The translations under genes and the position numbers were made by a program. From an uncultured bacterium (lineage in GTDB: Bacteria > Oederibacteriota > PGYV01 > CAWJRG01), in assembly GCA_963845185.1 (NCBI GenBank), contig CAWJRG010000005.1, forward strand, positions 192,001 through 256,000: a stretch of DNA of 64,000 nt. Reading direction: 5' to 3'. The notes beneath the pieces were generated by a model. That model worked only from the letters and a program-made list of their open reading frames with translations. It was not told where the DNA came from and made no database searches. Shown here piece by piece: positions 62,601 to 64,000 of the stretch. How positions within the stretch are numbered: position 1 is the stretch's first letter; each line of letters begins with the position of its first letter.

Positions 62601-64000
62601 GCAGTATATGTACATGTATACGTTGCAGTCACTGTGTAAGAGTATGTCGGCGTATAAGTTCTTGTATATGTAGGCGATGGAGTATTTGTTGGCGAAGCCG
62701 TCCTGGTGTATGTAAAGGTAGGGGTATAAGTCATGGTCGTTATTGGTGTATTTGTGTATGTAGGAGTTGATATAGGAGTTACAGTCGGACTACGTGTGGG
62801 GGTTGGATTGCAAAATACCCCGGTATATACCGAGTTTGAAAAAGTTGAAGAAGAAGAAGAGTCCGAAGCAATCCCGGCTGTATTAGTTATATTCGATCCG
62901 CACAACGCTGTAACCTGTCCCCACCACGTAACCGCCTGTGCCCCGCCGCATGTACTGCCGATTGTCCAGTTTACCAGGTTTCCGGTTTTTGAGCATGCCG
63001 TGCCTCCGCCGCAGCTTATATAACTTACGCCTGTAGGCACAGTGTCAAATATCCTCGGGTTTGTCGCTGCTGTAAGGCTGAACACTTTTAAGTTATCATA
63101 TTCCTGTGGACCTTCATTCGCTTGAAACCCAACCGCGCCAGCTCCTGTAATACTCGAATTCGTAGTTGTTAAGTCCCATCCTGAATATTCGGTGGTACCT
63201 TTTGGCCAGACTTTCATATAAATATTGCTTCCACATACCATCACTTTTATCGTGTACCATGTGTCAAGGTTTATGCTCATTCCATGCGGGCGCGCGGCAG
63301 TAGTCACGACATTCATAGTTGATGTCCCGGCTATGCATGTGTCCAGGCGCAGCATCTGATCGCTCGCGTTTATCCTTGCCATATAGAAATTACTGGAATC
63401 AACCTGACAAAAATGCAGCACAGCGTCCTCATGTGCCGTATTGGTAGATGGTATAAGTGCATCGAATTCATAAATGCCGTCATGAAGCGAAACATTGTTG
63501 TCTATATAGCCGGTATATCCCGAACCTGTTGCAGTTTGTTCCAGATAACCCGGCGTTGCGTCCCATGTGCCGCCAGCAGGATTATTTGTCCATCCCGATG
63601 GAATTGCGCCATCGTCAAAATTCGCAACATCCACCAGTGTCGTGCCTTCGTTATTGTACACCATTGTATATGTGATGGTATCGCCGGTGTTGAGGTTTGT
63701 AGCTGATTCGCTTTTTGATATAGTCAGTCCTGCGGCACCTATTGTAACATTGGCAGTATTTGAATTCGAGCTTGTTATTTCAGTCGCGCTACCAACAGCG
63801 ACATTCGGTATGACAGTACCTGCAGTTCCTGCATTTACCTGGGCAAGGAAAGAAACAGTTCCTTTTACAGGCGAAGTTATATACCCGCTGTTTACAGTCC
63901 ATGAAATATTTTGCCCGGCAGCTGTCCCGCCGTTATAAACCGTCAGTATTGTAAACCTGCTGTCAACAGCGTCTGTTATTTTAAAATTATGCACATTACC
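59660..64000 (-). CDS. Large secreted protein (starts beyond the window): DUF11-like and lectin-like domains, about 800-aa alternating-Thr stalk, DUF11-like domain, C-terminal YPNP sorting-type domain
   Basis: LTISKS...GDTITYTM and [12 protein letters not shown]...IWDTLP; TYTYT repeats; VVYPNPY...IYTISGELV...WDGKN...PGIYY. Confidence 0.85.
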   Translation of the reverse strand, partial: GNVHNFKITDAVDSRFTILTVYNGGTAAGQNISWTVNSGYITSPVKGTVSFLAQVNAGTAGTVIPNVAVGSATEITSSNSNTANVTIGAAGLTISKSESATNLNTGDTITYTMVYNNEGTTLVDVANFDDGAIPSGWTNNPAGGTWDATPGYLEQTATGSGYTGYIDNNVSLHDGIYEFDALIPSTNTAHEDAVLHFCQVDSSNFYMARINASDQMLRLDTCIAGTSTMNVVTTAARPHGMSINLDTWYTIKVMVCGSNIYMKVWPKGTTEYSGWDLTTTNSSITGAGAVGFQANEGPQEYDNLKVFSLTAATNPRIFDTVPTGVSYISCGGGTACSKTGNLVNWTIGSTCGGAQAVTWWGQVTALCGSNITNTAGIASDSSSSSTFSNSVYTGVFCNPTPTRSPTVTPISTPTYTNTPITTMTYTPTFTYTRTASPTNTPSPTYTRTYTPTYSYTVTATYTCTYTATVTATRTNTTTITPTSSATFTSTIPSTPSYTATRTNTPTATITMSPTYTYTVTATYTFSYTATSTGTRTNTETVTLTNTPSPTPSATATCTNTLSPTCTYTRTVTYTYTYTATITTTPTSTLSVTNTVSVTFTRTNTLTYTQTPTPTATPTYTNTLSPTSSYTQTVTYTYTYTITLTDTPTPTPTSTITTSMTFTRTYTPTYTQSDTPTATPTYTNTLSPTSSYTRTATYTYTYTITLTDTPTITSTITPTYTITMTYTVVIISATITPTYTITPTDTITKTSTPSSTNTVTYTYTYTITLTDTQTPTPTSTITTSMTFTRTYTPTYTQTDTPTATPTYTNTLSPTSSYTRTVTYTYTSTITLTDTPTFTSTSTPTYTITMTYTVVIVSATITPTYTATPTDTITKTSTPSLTSTVTYTYTYTITLTDTPTFSPTLTNTVSATYTRTSTPTYTNTATYTYTDTVTLTSTSTPTYTITMTYTVVIISATFTPTYTITPTDTITMTSTPTLTHTITYTYTYTATLTDTQTPTYTITMTFTQVILSATFTPTYTITPTDTPTYTHTMTSTPTFTPTSTYTYTYTITLTSTYTITPTYTTVIVSATFTPTYTDSPTLTATPTYTNTKTATLTYTGTVTLTYTYTVTITDTFTDTFTATPTYTDSPIDTLTSTPTYSPTMTSTYTFTNTPTDTDTRTITMTFTSTSTPTVTRTYTDTLSPTSTYTHTVTYTYTYTVTETLTRTSSPTITATYTITATPNINTPVTPSVSLSVSGDNPRLGAKITYTLVIDNTSNTTISNISIWDTLPGELSLVSISLPLVPTPTISGNYIAWNLTGTAGTLAPGQSIVVQFTVDLTSFDPAKLPVTNIMVINYNDPFYNVTKHPPVYSNNSFYPEGKPVVYPNPYNPNRAIGGMLKFENVVPGCSIQIYTISGELVSSIEAQSIIAYWDGKNRYGEKVSPGIYYFVITNPGSSAIEGKIFVIYN

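Overview
Bacterial chromosomal segment in the standard genetic code (TGA is a stop: several ATGA/TGATG gene overlaps), most genes on the minus strand. Contents: (1) mdh, a two-subunit class I fumarase, TetR and a GTP-dependent PEP carboxykinase; (2) about one third of the window encodes five large secreted proteins ending in YPNP/FlgD-Ig (T9SS-CTD-like) domains, four with Thr/Pro-rich stalks, next to two short HspR-like MerR paralogues, a ComFB protein and a PorV-like/TPR fusion; (3) a DUF4388/membrane/receiver operon divergent from a 7TM-PAS histidine kinase; (4) a full dcw cluster (mraZ to ftsZ, then amidase and pgeF) with a STAS gene inside; (5) TrmH methylase, GH5-like enzyme, AmmeMemoRadiSam radical SAM, beta-barrel, epimerase and Nfu genes. 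The gene style suggests a diderm candidate-phylum organism such as Goldbacteria (inference only). Six single-base homopolymer frameshifts, one inside the FtsI catalytic motif, point to sequencing error. The most striking unannotated signal is a dispersed two-hairpin element with compensatory base changes, found five or six times, each copy abutting the Shine-Dalgarno of an unrelated gene. No rRNA, tRNA, CRISPR array, transposase or reverse transcriptase was seen.
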